64,000 nt of DNA from Marsupella aquatica. Lineage: Eukaryota > Plantae > Marchantiophyta. Both the position numbers and the translations under genes were made by a program. Below are positions 1 through 13,779 of the stretch, piece by piece (position 1 is the first letter of the stretch; the number at the start of each line of letters is the position of its first letter). The stretch is from assembly GCA_973895155.1 (NCBI GenBank), contig OZ316898.1, positions 6,745,079-6,809,078 of the forward strand, read 5' to 3'. The notes beneath the pieces are model-generated. The model saw nothing but the letters and a program-made list of their open reading frames with translations, did no database searches and was not told the DNA's origin.

Positions 1-227
1 ACAAGAAGTTGTTGTTGTCGTAAACGTAGCCTTGTAATTTTCCCCGCTGCAGCTTTTGAAAGGGAGCAAGTAATGAAGTGCATCACAATGATACGGTTTC
101 AAAGAGAAGCTGTTCTGCTCCTGATGGATATACCGGTCAAGGCATATCGAAGCAAAGAAGCGCATTTAGAGGGCTTATTCAGAACTTTTCGAATAATTTC
201 ACTTTCGACACTTTCGACGTGTAATGG

Positions 228-1987
228 CTAAAGTTTCCGAAGAATCTCTTCGCCTACTTTGATATAATATGCAAGACGCTGCGTCCATGACACTGCTCGT
301 TTAAGATCCTCATCTCTGAAGGAGCTCTCCAATTCCTTTTCACAGTTCAGAATCCTGTCATTGTTTTCAGCTTCAGCAGCCTTGAGTGCTTCAGCATCGG
401 AGATTTCACTGATTGATTCACGAATTTCCATAATCTCCATAAGGAGTTCAGGATCATCAATGGTTCCCTCCTCTTCAACTTTAATACCATGGAGTCCTAA
501 CAGGTATCTCGCTCTTGACAAAGGACGGAGCAGGATGTAATATGCTTGAATGACAAGCGATGACTGATCTGCTGAGTATTCTCTTTCTCTCTGCGACTTT
601 GACCCAGCTAGGTCAGGGTGGAGTTTTTTTTGCAAGGACTTATAACTCTGCTCCAGCCCTTTAAGGTCCACCTTAAAGCTTCGGTCTCTGGACATACCAA
701 CGGAAACATAAGACTTCGATGCCCAACAATGCCAAAACCCTATTATCTTGTCCTTTGAAGGGAGCAGATAGACTCTCTGAACAACTGCACTGAGAACCCT
801 CAAACAGAACACAAGAGACCTAAGCCCTAAGCAGGCCCTTCTTTCATGAATGAGACTGTTGAATAGTTGATAAGCGATGTAACGACAGATCGCTTCGTAC
901 ATCGCTTCGTTAATATCTGTATTGAATAAAGACCAGAATGTCTCTCGTTTCCAATCTTTTAGGCACGTCGTGACTTAAACCCGCATCGGCAAATAACGGC
1001 GCTGTTGCAAATTCTATGGAAGTTGTTGACATTTAGGTACAAAAATCATTGTGAAGGGTAAATACTCAAACTTCAAGAATATGGAGTAGAGCTACTCAGA
1101 CTCGCGGTTTAAATTATTCTTAGACCTCCATAAAAGTCAAGCCCCACATCCTTGCATTATGAACGGAACTCGAATTAGAGGAATTGTGGTACAGACAATA
1201 ATACCTTGAGAATGAAAGATGGGACCTTCGCAGCTCGAATTGTACCCTTACAAACCTCACTGGTTTCCCAATGAGTAAAACGAACAAATGTAAACAAACA
1301 AGCCAAACAGCGATGATCTCTGACATCCTTGAGAGCCCATATTAATAGTTCACAGCAGAGTGGGCATTGGCACGTCGAGCATGGGGGTATTATGCCCATG
1401 AAAGCAAGGCCTCAGACCGACATGTCCCCAAATCCTGATATCACATTCTCTTCTAGAGGGAATCAAAACAGAGCGGAAAGGGACTACTCTGGCTTGTTCG
1501 CAGTAAGAACTTACAAACTGAAAATTTGGAAGAAGTCAACCGTCGGGTCCAGAGGTTGAATTGCCTTGCAGGAGGGACAAAGTAATCCATTCCCGGTAGA
1601 TGCTTCGTGCTCACACGACCAACACCGACGTTCCGTCCGCTTGGCTGAAATATCCGTAAACCTCCTTCTCCACAAGGATTTTGCATCGGTGGATGCAGCA
1701 AAGCACTGTGCAAATGTGCTTTGACAGGATACAGACTTCGAAATTGACCTAAGTGGAAGCAGCTCACGGTGGCAGGTCGAAGATTTAGAAGCGGGACATG
1801 GGTGTGAATCTTGTAGCAAGCCCTCCCCACCTGAGAGTTTACGAAAGGGAGGACGGACACGGGAGGCAGAGGAACAACTTTCCCCCAGTGATCCGGAAGT
1901 TGTGGAGCACAGAAGAGCAGAAAATGGTCGAACAACTTGAATGACAACTTGCGAAAACTTTGAGCGATACGCAAGTTGTCCTCTCAT
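228..1987 (-). CDS. HSCB: Mitochondrial iron-sulfur cluster co-chaperone HscB/Hsc20 (J-protein). Two exons: 1987-1515 and 687-228.
   Basis: Arg/Ser-rich N-terminal presequence, CWSC...CPSC zinc-finger motif, J-domain 'YKSLQKKLHPD', 'LLRPLSRARYLL', and C-terminal 'LLMEIMEIRE'. A GT (1514) to AG (688) intron joins FQIFS-L-DRSFKVDL in frame. Confidence 0.93.
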
Positions 1988-2454
1988 GGCTGCTCGTAAT
2001 AAAACAGATCTAGTTTGGGGAAGGACTTCTCCAAATATCCACTGCGATTCTTGAAATGCAAAGCTTTCTAAAGTGGTGTCACTCGAGTGCTAGTGTGTAC
2101 GTTGTCATTGTGCAGAGCTCACATAATCGAACAAAAGGATGAGGTGGTCCTTCAAGATCTTGGTGGGTTTTACTCTCGACTGGAATGGTGATCATTTTGA
2201 GGCGTAATGCTGTCCCAGGACCAGCTCAAACAGAGTACCTTTCCACCATCTCCAGCTCCTTTTCCGGTACAGAAGAGAGTGCAAAGCAGCACTTGTGCAC
2301 AGTTCGTTGTCAACAGTCATCAGTGGTCACTGCAACATGATCAAGTGCAGCTCCCTGTAAATTGCACGCAAACTCGAGCTTGGAGGCTTTCCGAAAGGCC
2401 CCCTGGCAATGCAGAACAATGTTTGGTCTTTCATCCTTTCGTTGAATTGACACA

Positions 2455-3150
2455 TAATTAAGACAACTTTACCTGAGCTCTGCCCCATCTTTGAGACCCA
2501 TTTTCTCCACCTCAAAGTTTCTATCTGCCAGAAAATTAAGGCCATTTTACATGACATTTGCACCGTCTTTGAGGCCCATCTCGCCAACTTTAAAGTTTTC
2601 CTTTCATTGCCAGATATTAAGTCCATTTTACATGACCTTTGCACTATTTTTAAGGCCTGTCTCCCCAACCTCAAAGTTTTCCTTTAATTGCCAAATAACT
2701 AGGCCCGTTTTACATATCCTTTGCACCATCTTTGAGGCCTATCTCCCTAGCTTCAAAGTTTTTCTTTAATTGCCAGATAGTTAGGCCATTTTACATGACC
2801 TTTGCACTGTCCTTAAGGCCTTTCTCCCCAACCTCAAAGCTTTCCTTCAATTCCCAAGCAATTAGGCCCATTTCACATAACCGTTGCACCATCTTTGAGG
2901 CCTACCTAGCCAACTTCAAAGTTTTCCTTTCCTTGCCAGATAATTTGGCCATTTTACATGACCTTTGCACTATCTTTAAGGCCTATCTCCCCAACCTCAA
3001 AGTTTTACTTTAATTGCCAGATAACTAGGCCCACTTTGCATAACCTTTGGGCCATCTTTGAGGCCTATCTCCCCAACCTGGAAGTTTTCCTTTAATTGCC
3101 AGACAATCAGGCCCACTTATATGACCTTTGCACCATCTTTGAGGCCTACA
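2455..3150. repeat. Diverged tandem repeat of about 81 bp, roughly 8-9 copies
   Basis: The unit 'ggccattttacatgacctttgcaccatctttgaggcctatctccccaacctcaaagttttcctttaattgccagataatta' recurs about every 81 nt. It accounts for the repetitive 'MRPISPT..KFSFNCQI' ORFs. Confidence 0.9.
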
Positions 3151-3260
3151 ATCTTGAACTGGGAAGGTTTCCCATTGGCCTTCCAAAAACAAATGGGTCA
3201 ATTGGGCCTTAGTCATATCCAGAATAGCCCCTACATACCTAGCACATCTTTGTACAGCCT

Positions 3261-3412
3261 ATGTACTCCTCAATACCCCAATCATACCACTAAATACTTC
3301 CCCCATACCTTATGTACTCCTCAATACCCCAATCATACCACTAAATACTTCCCCCGTACCTTATGTACTCCTCAATACCCCGATCATACCACTAAATACT
3401 TCCCCCATACCT
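3261..3412. repeat. 51-bp tandem repeat, 3 near-identical copies. Shorter 'atgtactctc..cactctaagaatgcccttctac' repeats follow to about 3595.
   Basis: 'atgtactcctcaataccccaatcataccactaaatacttcccccatacctt' occurs at 3261, 3312 and 3363. Confidence 0.9.
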
Positions 3413-5919
3413 AGTGCATACCTCAGTAAGTACACTCTATACTCATAAAAACTATGGCACGACCTTAGTCATGTACTCTCTCCACTCTAAGAATGCCCTT
3501 CTACATAACGGGTCGTCATGTACTCTCTGCACTTTAAGAATGCCCTTCTACATGTACTCTCTACACTCTAAGATTGCCCTTCTACATAACGGGTCTTTAC
3601 ATATAGTTGTATGACATCATTCTATATCATGATAAATCTCATTATTTTTTTTAAATCAATAGTTGTACCACATCCTTCTATACTATGATAAATCTCATTA
3701 TTCTCTTTAAATCATTCTCTTTAAATCAATGAGTGCAGCCCTTATATTATCACATTTTGATTGGTGATTACCAGCAGGGCTTATTTGATTGCCACACATC
3801 GTCACAAAAATTTGGTCCGGGATCAACGTCACCTCTTAAAGATAGAAAGTTACAGCCATACAGGCGCTCTGAGGTCACGTATGCAGTAAACGCACTCATG
3901 TGATTGCTGGAGTTCCTAGCTACTGCATGAACTTCTGCTCTTCCATTTAGATGAATGGAAGGGCATGAGTTCCTGTTCTTGCGAGGTGGTATATTTGTAT
4001 TTTACAAAAAAAGGGTTGCGGCTGACTTGTCAGTCGGCTTCTTGGTTATCTTTATCCTTGGGCTGGAAGAATTTGATACTTGCTGCCAATGGCACAATCA
4101 GCTGAGAAGTCCAACGTTTTCTCCATGAAATGTACATCAAAGTACTTTTACTATGAAAATTTGTATCAAGAAGAGGTGACTAGTACACAAGAAGAGGCTC
4201 AAAAGAACCAACAAATCTTCACTGAATTGCACAAGAAACGTTTCTAACACAGCTAAAAAGTGTGTACATTTGAATGTGGACTTTGATGTACAATACATGA
4301 AATTGTTAGAGAAAGACCTGTCTTGAATGATGGTCCAAATATTAATGGCTTAGTAAACAGTCGCCTGCTACATCACCCAGTGCAACAACCTCTTTTTGCC
4401 AACAGACACACGGGAATCCGATAAACTTAGTTGCCAAGGCTATTGAGCAACACAATCATGTTTGAAGGGGCTCAGCAATTTCTGAGACAGCGGTTACTGG
4501 CATCCTGAACACACACCCTCACTGATAGGATGACCAGCAGAATAACTGCGGCCATAGTAGCAAATAGAGTACTTCAGATCATTAGTTTGCCGCAACGAGA
4601 GGCAGATACTACACTTTAATTCGTAGGAGCTCCAGGAAGGATTACTCACGCAAGCAGACACATAGAAACATCGAAAGAACTCTGAAAAATCAATCAGATC
4701 CAAGATTGCTATTTGCAACGCACAAAATGTGACCATGATGTTTCCGGCCACCTGACTGCATAGAGAAGTTGAGAACTTCAGGTGAACAATACCGATATGC
4801 GACAACGTATGATTTCAAAATCAGATCAATCGATTTGGTAAGACCCACAAGTCTAAGCTCACGATTACTATTGCATTACTCCACCCTCCCAACTCGTAAA
4901 CAACGCAGAAAATTTTAACCGTGAACCAAAGCACAGATGGAAAGCACTGTGACAATCAAGAAAGAGAGAAGTTTTACATGGCGTGGAAACCAAGCTAGCA
5001 TTGCAATCAATTGATTTATTTTTTCTACAATTGAGGGAGCAACGCACGAAGTAAAGTGAGATTCCTTGATGTCCCAGAAGTACGGAAATGCCTCAAATGC
5101 TCCATCGATTCGAGCATTCAGGTACTGATGTCAATTCCACACGTTCCAAGCAATAACATTTTGAAATGTTCAGAATGACATTGATCGGCATCTACCAAGG
5201 TCGGAGGAATTAGATACATTCGACAATTTTGCATCAGCTCCAGCAATTCAAGCTCGAACAGATATTACGAAGAGCCACTGCAGGATGTGGCAGGAAAGAC
5301 ACGGTGGAGGGAAACATATATATGCAGTTCAGACACTAGAATGTGACCGATGAGGCCCTCCTAGATACAATGATATGCTTCGGCTAGTGACTAGATATTG
5401 CAAGGCAAGTCTGAACTTTCAGAATTCAAATAGAGAGTTCTAATCAACATCCTGCTTGCCTTTTGTAATCCTGGTGTCGAACGTTTCTTAAGGACGGGTA
5501 CAATAAGAAAACAGTTTCTCTTCCCAAGCCAAACATGGGATATTTGTTGTTTGCCCTGCGGAGCCCAATCCAGCTGGCGAAGTCATCAATAGGGGTCCTT
5601 TGAGCCCAAACCTAAGTCGTGCGGAATCCGTAGCTACACACGTTCCAGCCTTGAGTCAAGCAAAAGCTGACTCGTCTGTGTCCGTCACATCTCTTCCTCA
5701 ACGTGCTCGCCTCCACTACGTTCCTTGTCACGGGAAAACCTGTGTAGAGGAAGGTCTTTATCTGGAAGGCCAAATAAAAAAAACTCTGAAGAACCATCCA
5801 AATGAAGAGTATCCGCAGGAGTAGGGAATAAATGCTCTTCACACAAAATTAATTCGGATGACTTTAGGAAACAGTTAACGTTCCGGAAAGAATCTCTTGA
5901 CAAGAAGAAAATAATGATG

Positions 5920-7512
5920 CTACTCTTTTTGTCTCTCAATCTGTATGGTCACATGGCTGATTTTATACTTCTGATCACAATATTGGATAACTTTCTCCAG
6001 TAAGTCGTCTGAATCTGCATCCGATTTTATCATGACGTGGCAAGCAAGGACAACTTTGCCCACGGTAATGGCCCAGATGTGGAGCTCGTGCACTTCAACG
6101 ACACCTTCAATTGCCACTAGCCCACTTTGCAAGGCTTCAGCATCAACTTCACGAGGAGTACTCTCCATCAAAACCTCCAAAATGTCTCGAATCATCTTGA
6201 TGGTGGTTCCCAGTACTATGATGGAAAACAAGAAAGTACAGAACAAGTCTACTATCTTCCATTCCGGCTTGTACCAGATGATTGCTCCTCCAACCATGAC
6301 ACCGATACTCTGAATTAAGTCACCAAGAACGTGCAAATAGGCCCCCCTGACATTGATACTGCTTCCGTGACTGCTCCCGTCGTGATCGTCGCGATGGCTC
6401 CCGTGATCTATAGTGACCCTCACACTACTATCATTCTCTGATCGACTTTCAAGCTGGTCACAAATGCACATAATGATAGTATCGTTTGATCGACTTCTCT
6501 TTGTAATGTTCTCTTGCACGCACTCTGTCTTGTGCCCCTCTAGAACAGTTGCTGCACTCTGGTCCATCCCATCGCCAGTGTAGGTCAGCATGCCAGGTGT
6601 GCCATCGGACTCACGGTGAACTTCTTCGCCTCTGTCCTTGTGTCCTGGGTTATGATCATCATGGCCTTGCTCATCTTCGTGGTGGTGATGGCTGTACTTC
6701 TCTCCTTGAGCAGTACTTTCAGGTGATTGCTCAACATTATCATGGTGGTCATGACTGTGTTCCTTTCCATGGTGGTGGCTATGACTGTGCCCTTCTGCGA
6801 GGAGGGGCTGACGAAGCGAATCCTCATCGTGATCATGGTTATCAGGGCTGTGATTGTGCTGTTTGGTGCGCTTATGCTCTTTGGCGAGCTTGTTGCTAGA
6901 TCCGTGAGAATGCCCATGATCATGTCCATGTGAATGCTCGTTGCTGGACCCGTGAGAATGCCCATGATCGTGTCCATGACCCAGCAAAAACATCATGATA
7001 AGGTTCACAACGAGTCCTAGACATGCAATGATGAACATAAGCCGCCCATCGATCTCCACAGGCTCATTTACAAGCCTCACAAAAGCTTCATACACAATGA
7101 TCCCCGTGATAAGCCAGATAATCTGAATGGAAACCAAAGCACCCAATATTTCCAACCTGAAGAATCCATACGACTGACGGAGATTCGCCTCCCAACCACC
7201 TGCCCACATTGCGAATAGGGATATGGCAAAGCTGGCTACATCAGACAGTAAGTGAGCGGCATCTGTAAGAATGGCCAAACTCCCGGCCTTAACACCGCCC
7301 ACCACTTCAAAGAGCATGAAAGCGACGCAAAACGCTACTGCTCTGCTGAGTTTCTTCATATCTTCAGATCTTTGTTCGGTATCTGTGGTCATCCAAGGGC
7401 ATTCTGCTCCATTACACTGTAAGTGCTTGCCATTTATCTTGGGAACAATTTCTCCAGAGGCTGCTCTTGCATGATTAGGCCGCAGAGGCTGCGTAGGGGT
7501 CTCGTGCCCCAT
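5920..7512 (-). CDS. MTP1: Cation diffusion facilitator, metal tolerance protein of the MTP1/Zn-CDF type. Intronless CDS.
   Basis: Motifs '[14 protein letters not shown]', '[13 protein letters not shown]', '[16 protein letters not shown]', '[13 protein letters not shown]' and 'SHVTIQIE', with a His-rich loop between TM4 and TM5. First ATG is at 7512; the ORF track starts at a GTG. Confidence 0.93.
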   Translation of the reverse strand: MGHETPTQPLRPNHARAASGEIVPKINGKHLQCNGAECPWMTTDTEQRSEDMKKLSRAVAFCVAFMLFEVVGGVKAGSLAILTDAAHLLSDVASFAISLFAMWAGGWEANLRQSYGFFRLEILGALVSIQIIWLITGIIVYEAFVRLVNEPVEIDGRLMFIIACLGLVVNLIMMFLLGHGHDHGHSHGSSNEHSHGHDHGHSHGSSNKLAKEHKRTKQHNHSPDNHDHDEDSLRQPLLAEGHSHSHHHGKEHSHDHHDNVEQSPESTAQGEKYSHHHHEDEQGHDDHNPGHKDRGEEVHRESDGTPGMLTYTGDGMDQSAATVLEGHKTECVQENITKRSRSNDTIIMCICDQLESRSENDSSVRVTIDHGSHRDDHDGSSHGSSINVRGAYLHVLGDLIQSIGVMVGGAIIWYKPEWKIVDLFCTFLFSIIVLGTTIKMIRDILEVLMESTPREVDAEALQSGLVAIEGVVEVHELHIWAITVGKVVLACHVMIKSDADSDDLLEKVIQYCDQKYKISHVTIQIERQKE

Positions 7513-8944
7513 TCTTACAATCACCTCTCTGCCCCCACGACCTTAGCAACTAAACCCTACTCCACAGTCTCAATCCAATTTTATGTTCTCCCTTTCGCTT
7601 GTCTGCAATCAGGAGCACACGTTATGGTAAGAAACTCTATCAGACACCGGACTCCACCGGTGAATGCAAAAACCGCAGTTCCATTCCAGCCTGTGCAATC
7701 CTACAAAGGGAAAACCTCAAAATACAACGGTGAACTGCAAACGCTTCAGCGACACAAACAGTCCATCGAGGTGGCATGTGTCGAGGGTTTACGCGCACTC
7801 TCTGTCTTCGCTTGCTTCCCAACCGAAGTCCACTTACATGAAGAAGAGTGTTCTCTCTGCCAACGGTGCAAATAGACCCTCCCACTATCACTTACTTTAC
7901 CGATATACCTGCTGGATAGCGATAGACTCCCATGAGGGATACTCTCTTCCAACCCTCTCGACCCAAAACCCTCTTCAGGCAAAATACTCAACCCGGCTAA
8001 AGCTTCCGGTAAGAGACCAACTACTCTTCATGAGAAGAACACTAAAATGTTCCAACGATGCAGCAGCCCACGTACATCTACACGCTGCTGACAGGCCACG
8101 GTGGTACCAAAGTAATCTCTAGGAACAGAATCGCTGATCCACCAGCTTTAGTTTTTTTCCCTATTTTTTTCCTATCTACCATCGAACCTGGAGACTATAG
8201 GGACTAACAGCAGTAGTGCCTTGTGCCGTTGAATCCGGAAGTCCTTGGCAAAGATGCAATGAGTTCCTCGGCACTCTCATTAACATTCATCATCTCGAGG
8301 ACGATGTTAAAGGGAATCCCATGCGCAAAGGACCACGCAAGTGCCTACACTACTTCACATTGCAGGGAGAAGGGAGGGGCGCAGTGCCAGGTTGCCCCAA
8401 CCGTGAGACGAAATGGTCCTGCTCAAACAATTGACAAGCTGACGGTGAAATCAAACTACGATCCAGATGAAGGAAAGGGACGGAAAGAAAAGAAAACCAA
8501 CGAAGTAAAATCCAGGGAGATGGCGAGCAACTGAGGCCAAGGTGATCTCGATGAAGGGCCGGAACTGACAAGCAGGTGCTTGCGCGAACGAGAAGGAGAG
8601 ATTATTGCAGGTCTATCCTGCATACCTCCGCATCCGATCTCTACCGTACAAGAATCTACAGAAAAACCGTACCGATAAAACACCTTTCTTGTTGAAAACC
8701 TCCCCCCATCGTAAGGCAATAAATTCCATCCAACAATCAATGAAACAATTCGGGAAAGAGGGAGCGCGACCACCTTCTCCGGGGGAGAGAGAAAACAGGA
8801 CTTCAACTTTAAGACGGGGGCAACGCAAAAAACAGGACCGCCAAAAGATAAAATCGAAGCTCAAACTCTTCGCATCAACAACTCTCTCACAAATCACTTA
8901 CAGAGAGATACACAAGAAACTGATAAGATTTCGATGTCGCTTGC

Positions 8945-8947
<3 letters not shown>

Positions 8948-8999
<52 letters not shown>
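8948..8999. repeat. (CT)n/(GA)n microsatellite, probably in the 5' leader or promoter of the MTP gene
   Basis: About 26 CT units. A minus-strand GTAAGT donor at 8901 suggests a 5'UTR exon next to it. Confidence 0.85.
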
Positions 9000-9004
<5 letters not shown>

Positions 9005-9402
9005 AGACGCAGCTTAACCCGTCATCAAATCACGAACCTGCTACAGTTCTGGCTCTCCAATTCGCTCCCGTTTGCTCTTGCACACGACCAAAGGCCAGTC
9101 CCACAGCTCTCCACTCTAGCTGGCGTTGCGACACTCTGCTTCTGCGGAAGAAGGCGAGGAGACGAGACCAGAGAAGACTAGAGAAATCAGAAAGCACTGC
9201 GTGTAGTGCCTTCGTCCACCCGTCAACTCAATTCGACACCTTCCAATCTTCAACACCATCACCCTCTTCTCGAGCACGGAACTCTGCCACGGTGATTATG
9301 TTGTGCAGAAACTCCATTCTCGCGCCCACCTTTAATTCCGTCCTCGACGTCATTCAAACTACGTCGAGAGCACGGACAAGAAGTTTCCAATCAAACTTTT
9401 AA

Positions 9403-9944
9403 GAGCTTTTTACTAGGTGAACCCCCAAAAGTGAGCCTTATTGGTCCTCCAGTTGGGTAAGCCTAACCAAGGTTTTTAGTCGGTTTAACCGCCAAAGTGA
9501 GCCTTATTGGTCCTCCAGTGGGGATTAGCCTAACCCTCCCTGCTCCCCTCTGGTCGCCCCTAGTTTTCTTTCTTTCAAAACATGTCCAGAAAGTGACATG
9601 CTACTAACCCAGCTTTTTACTAGGTTAACCCCCAAAGTGAGCCTTATTGGTCCTCCAGTGGGGTTAGCCTAACCCACCTCGCTCCCCTCTGATCGCTCCT
9701 ACTTGTCTTTCTTTCAAAAAAAGTTGAGAAAGTGACATGCTACTGTCCTGGGGACACTCAAATTACACTCTGTTTGGATACCTCAATCTATAGTTGGGGC
9801 TTCAGGCTTGGGACAATCAGACACTGGTGTGGGCAGAAATATGGGTTACTTATATTTGCGTACTATTTGGGGGGCAATATAGTAATAAAAGTAGATGGGG
9901 TCTGTAGTAACACTCAGTTTGGGGATTAACCTAGTAAAGAGGTG
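9403..9944. mobile_element. MITE-like element with terminal inverted repeats of about 29 bp and a duplicated left arm
   Basis: 'ctttttactaggt(g/t)aaccccc..aaagtgag' at 9406 and 9613 pairs with the reverse-complement copy 'ctcagtttggggattaacctagtaaagag' at 9913-9941. Internal 'aaagtgagccttattggtcctccagt' occurs 3 times. Confidence 0.6.
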
Positions 9945-12859
9945 TAAAACTTAAGTAATGCAAACAAGGGTGAGAACTGAGAAGACAACACAGCCAGACA
10001 CATATTTCTGCCAAAGAACAAAATGCAGGAGGTGGCCAATATCACCATGTGTGAACCAGAAGAGGTGGCCATTTGGCCAATGTCACCGGGTGCTAAGGAG
10101 GAGATGCTGAGAGATTCTATATCAAGTTTTAGTACACTGAATTTGCCAATTTGGACTGTTACATCTCGCTAGATTCAAGGATAATCATTGGATTCTGACT
10201 AATGGGTATGTTAGATCTCCCTGGATTTAAGGATAATCATTGGTGTTTGGCTAATGGGTCTGTGGCTAGGTGTGAAACTGGCTAGTCTTGGCCAAAAGGC
10301 ATGGCCAATCTTTTGCCAGAATAGTGAAAAAAATTCCCTCTGTGGAATTTGGCAAAGTTTTGCCACAAAAAAAGTGGCAGAAGACCTAGTGAAGAGGAGA
10401 ACCCAAGTGAAATTAACACAGGAAGACTAGAGTGTCCAACACTTGACACAGGACCCAATCAAGAGGAGAAACAAAAAAACAAAAAACCCCACTAAGACCA
10501 GAGAGTCCACCACAAAGGCAAAAAAAATACTGGACTACTAAGTTGTGAGCTTAAATGTCTGATAAAACTTAAGGAAGAGAAGGGACGAGGTAAACTGAAA
10601 AGCCTGGTAAAGATACGCTCAAGGAAGAGAAGAGAAATGGGCGAGGTTAGCACTGGGTGACGAGGCAATGATAAGCTCCATTGTTTTCCGCTCTTCATCT
10701 GCCCTCCTTTGTCTACCGCTTTTGTGTTTCTCCATTGCACTTTGTTTGGCCCTTCTCAGTAAATTGTAAATTTTGAAAAAAATTAATAAAGCGGAGAAAA
10801 ATGGTCCAAGCAAAAAATCTAAATCAAGAAAGGATACTAGTCAAAAGAGAAGGCATGATTGGTGAGCCCAATTGTGGCAAGCCTAGTACAGGGGAGAGGC
10901 CTAGCAGATCATGGCAAGCCTATTACAGGACAGAGGCCGAGGGTGCTCGGAGCCTCATTTCTGGGAGGTATGACAACAAATGAAAACTTGCTGTTTTGAT
11001 GGAAAACAGGATTCCGTATTTTGGTCTCACATTATTTTTGTAAGTAGATCCACCAGAATTGGCAAGATCATTTAATATAGTGTTTGATGTAGATATAGAC
11101 CCTTTGCATACCACCGAAGCCCAATACCTGTGATTTGTGCAATTATCATTGTGACCATAATTATTGTCCTCAAGGCAACAATGCTCGTGCGTGCACAAAA
11201 ATGTTTAGATGAGGAATAGAAGTGTACAAGACATAGATAATTGTTGCCATTTTGGTTTGTCATCTTTGCAGTCGTGTTGTGGTTGCACAAGACAACCTAT
11301 TTTTTTTCTACTGGGTGGTTGTTGTTGTGCAGATGTTATCATTTTGTTGTTGTGGAGATGTTATCATTTTGGTTGATGTTGCAAAGTGATGTTCTTGGGA
11401 GGATGTACACATGGGAGGGTGGGCAGTGCAAGACAAGCAATGGCAGTTGGAGCTTAGGTCCAGGCTTGGTCACTTTTCCATTTCTCCACTCTACTTTTTC
11501 ATTTTTCCCTCCCTGCACCCTTCCTTTCGCTCATTTTGTTCTTACTCCCTCCCTTCCTCCCTGCATCCTTTTCTTCACTCTACCACGATTAACGAAAGAG
11601 GGGAAAATGGAGGAAAAAAGAAAATTAACCCAGGAGAAAGAAAATTTTACTTAAAGCCCAAAAACAATTTCATATGCATGTACAGATGTACTTCTCACCT
11701 AGGGGTTATATGCCATAAAGTAAAAGTTCTCATACCAAAATACTTTTCATCTAAGGATTATGTGTCCTAAAGTATTCTATATATAGTGATCTATGTTGAC
11801 AATAGATATGTCAGTATCTTGTAGCTACAGTAATTACCTTATAAGTAACTGTATTTCTTGGGCACATTTGAGTCAATCTGAAGGTATTAAAACCAAGAAT
11901 CTGTTTGAGTCTAGTGTGGTGTTCCATTCTTTTTCAAAAGTTGTGAACACTCACGGAAGCTTTTGGGTCGCATGTGGTACATGAGTAGTGCCTAGAGTAC
12001 ATCTTACAGCGAAGTTTGTACATGGAAATGTCATTAGTGCCTAGTGTGCATATTACATCCTACTAGCGTTATAACTATTGGAAGTGTCATGAGTGCCACG
12101 AGAGCTCATTCCACGAGGAATAAATGAGCTTTGGAACAAACCAAACTTATTTTTATTCTGATTATTAAACACTCAAATATAATGAGGGTCAAGATCAAAA
12201 CTGGTTTAAGGCAGTCTGACACATTTCACTATTCGGATGATTGCAAAATAAAAAAGGTCACTAGTTTTTGTCTTTTTTCATCCGCTTTATTGGTCTAGCC
12301 TCTTTTGATCTTGTTTTATCTTCTGGCTTGACACTTGTTATTAAATACCAGTGTAGCACGTAGAAAGGTACATCCAAGTTGCGTGGAGTCAAGAGAAACA
12401 AATTCTGCCTGAATCGTACTTTGAATCGTACCTTGAACCGTACCTCCAAGCTTAGAGTTCTAGAATGAAGTGTGACTACAAATAGACAAAATTGAGTGAA
12501 TACCAAAAAGGCAATGGGGGCAACATAAAAGGAGAAGAACATAGATTCTTTTGTAAGGGTTTTGCACCTTAGTTACATTAATATTCAAATAATGGACATT
12601 TAGGGTTATAGTTACACCATTCTAACACTTTGCTATTTTAACTTATTGAAAATGATGTAAAAATTATCTTATCATATTCTATTTGAATTTATTAAATTAA
12701 TCATTTGAATTAAAGTACAAAAATGAATTTATTGTAAAGAAATAGAATTTATTGTAAAGAAATAGAGACGCATCAATCTTGGACAGCATGCGTTGTACAA
12801 GCCATAGAATTTATAAATTTAAGTAATAAATATCATGTCAGAAGCCTAATGTGCAGCAC

Positions 12860-12935
12860 AACCACGTAGCACAGTGGTGGTGGCCTTGTGTGGGATCTGG
12901 TTGGTTGGGGGTTCTAGTCTTGCAAGTCACAATTA
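12860..12935 (+). mobile_element. Degenerate tRNA-derived (SINE-head-like) sequence
   Basis: A-box-like TAGCACAGTGG (12867-12877) and B-box-like GGTTCTAGTCT (12910-12920) at tRNA-like spacing. No intact cloverleaf. Confidence 0.3.
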
Positions 12936-13225
12936 TTTTACATCAAAATTATTTCCAAGGGCAAAATTATATCAGAATTGTGGAAAGGAGTACCAGTGCA
13001 AAAAAGCAAAACAAAAGATTTTGAAATAACAAAAACATATAGGGGGTCTGAGATATATTCAAAACTTATGGAATAACAAAGAAGACAGCCCTCATAGACC
13101 AAATTAAAATTAAAATAATGACAAAACAAAAATGAACTAGTAAATTTGAAACAAAGATTAGCCAAATAGCAATGTGGGAAGAAATGTCTCAAAATTTAGG
13201 GTAATAGTCCCTCAAAATCTATCAT

Positions 13226-13466
13226 TTGTGACCTACCATATGTTGAAATTCCTCTGATAGTCCTTTTTCTTAATGTAGACTATGCGTGTGAGTAGTGACT
13301 GAGTTTGTGACCTACCATATGTTGAAATTCCTCTGATAGTCCTTTTTTTTTTTAAATGTAGACTATGCGTGTGAGTAGTTTACTGAGTTTGTGACCTACC
13401 ATATGTTGAAATTCCTCTGATAGTCCTTTTTTTTAATGTAGACTATGAGTGTGAGTAGTGACTGAG
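13226..13466. repeat. Tandem repeat of about 80 bp, 3 copies
   Basis: 'tttgtgacctaccatatgttgaaattcctctgatagtcc(t)n aatgtagactatgcgtgtgagtagt..actgag' occurs 3 times. Confidence 0.9.
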
Positions 13467-13779
13467 AATCTTGGGACGGCTCCCTGCATGCGGGTATTAA
13501 GGGGTACTCTTGTAAACATGGGAACCAATTTTATAAACATAAAAAGTCAGGATCCAATAGAGGGTCTGGCCTCCTGGAAAGTGCTGCTCTCCCACTTGTC
13601 TCTCAACACTATTCACTCAAAGCCCTACAGAATTCTAACAAAACAAGAGATTCCCATCTTATGATCTTCTTGCATATTAAAGTTATTGCAAAAGTCCAGT
13701 GCTCTATTTCTTGCAGGAGGTCAGCATCAAATTGTATAGAAGCACGAATTTTTAGAATTATGCATTCTAAAGGAGGAAC

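Noticed and set aside
688-902. N-terminal extension of the 224-aa ORF (MYEAICRY...)
   Set aside because: It is read-through into the HSCB intron. The real exon starts after the AG at 688.
2455-3412. CRISPR-like or repeat-protein interpretation of the regular repeats (also 13226-13466 and 41230-41865)
   Set aside because: The units are contiguous with no unique spacers, there are no cas genes, the context is eukaryotic, and the ORFs are interrupted by stops.
6032-7474. Antisense and alternative-frame ORFs over MTP (and similarly over AUG3, GATB and the orphan ORF)
   Set aside because: These are shadow ORFs of real coding sequence with no independent motifs.
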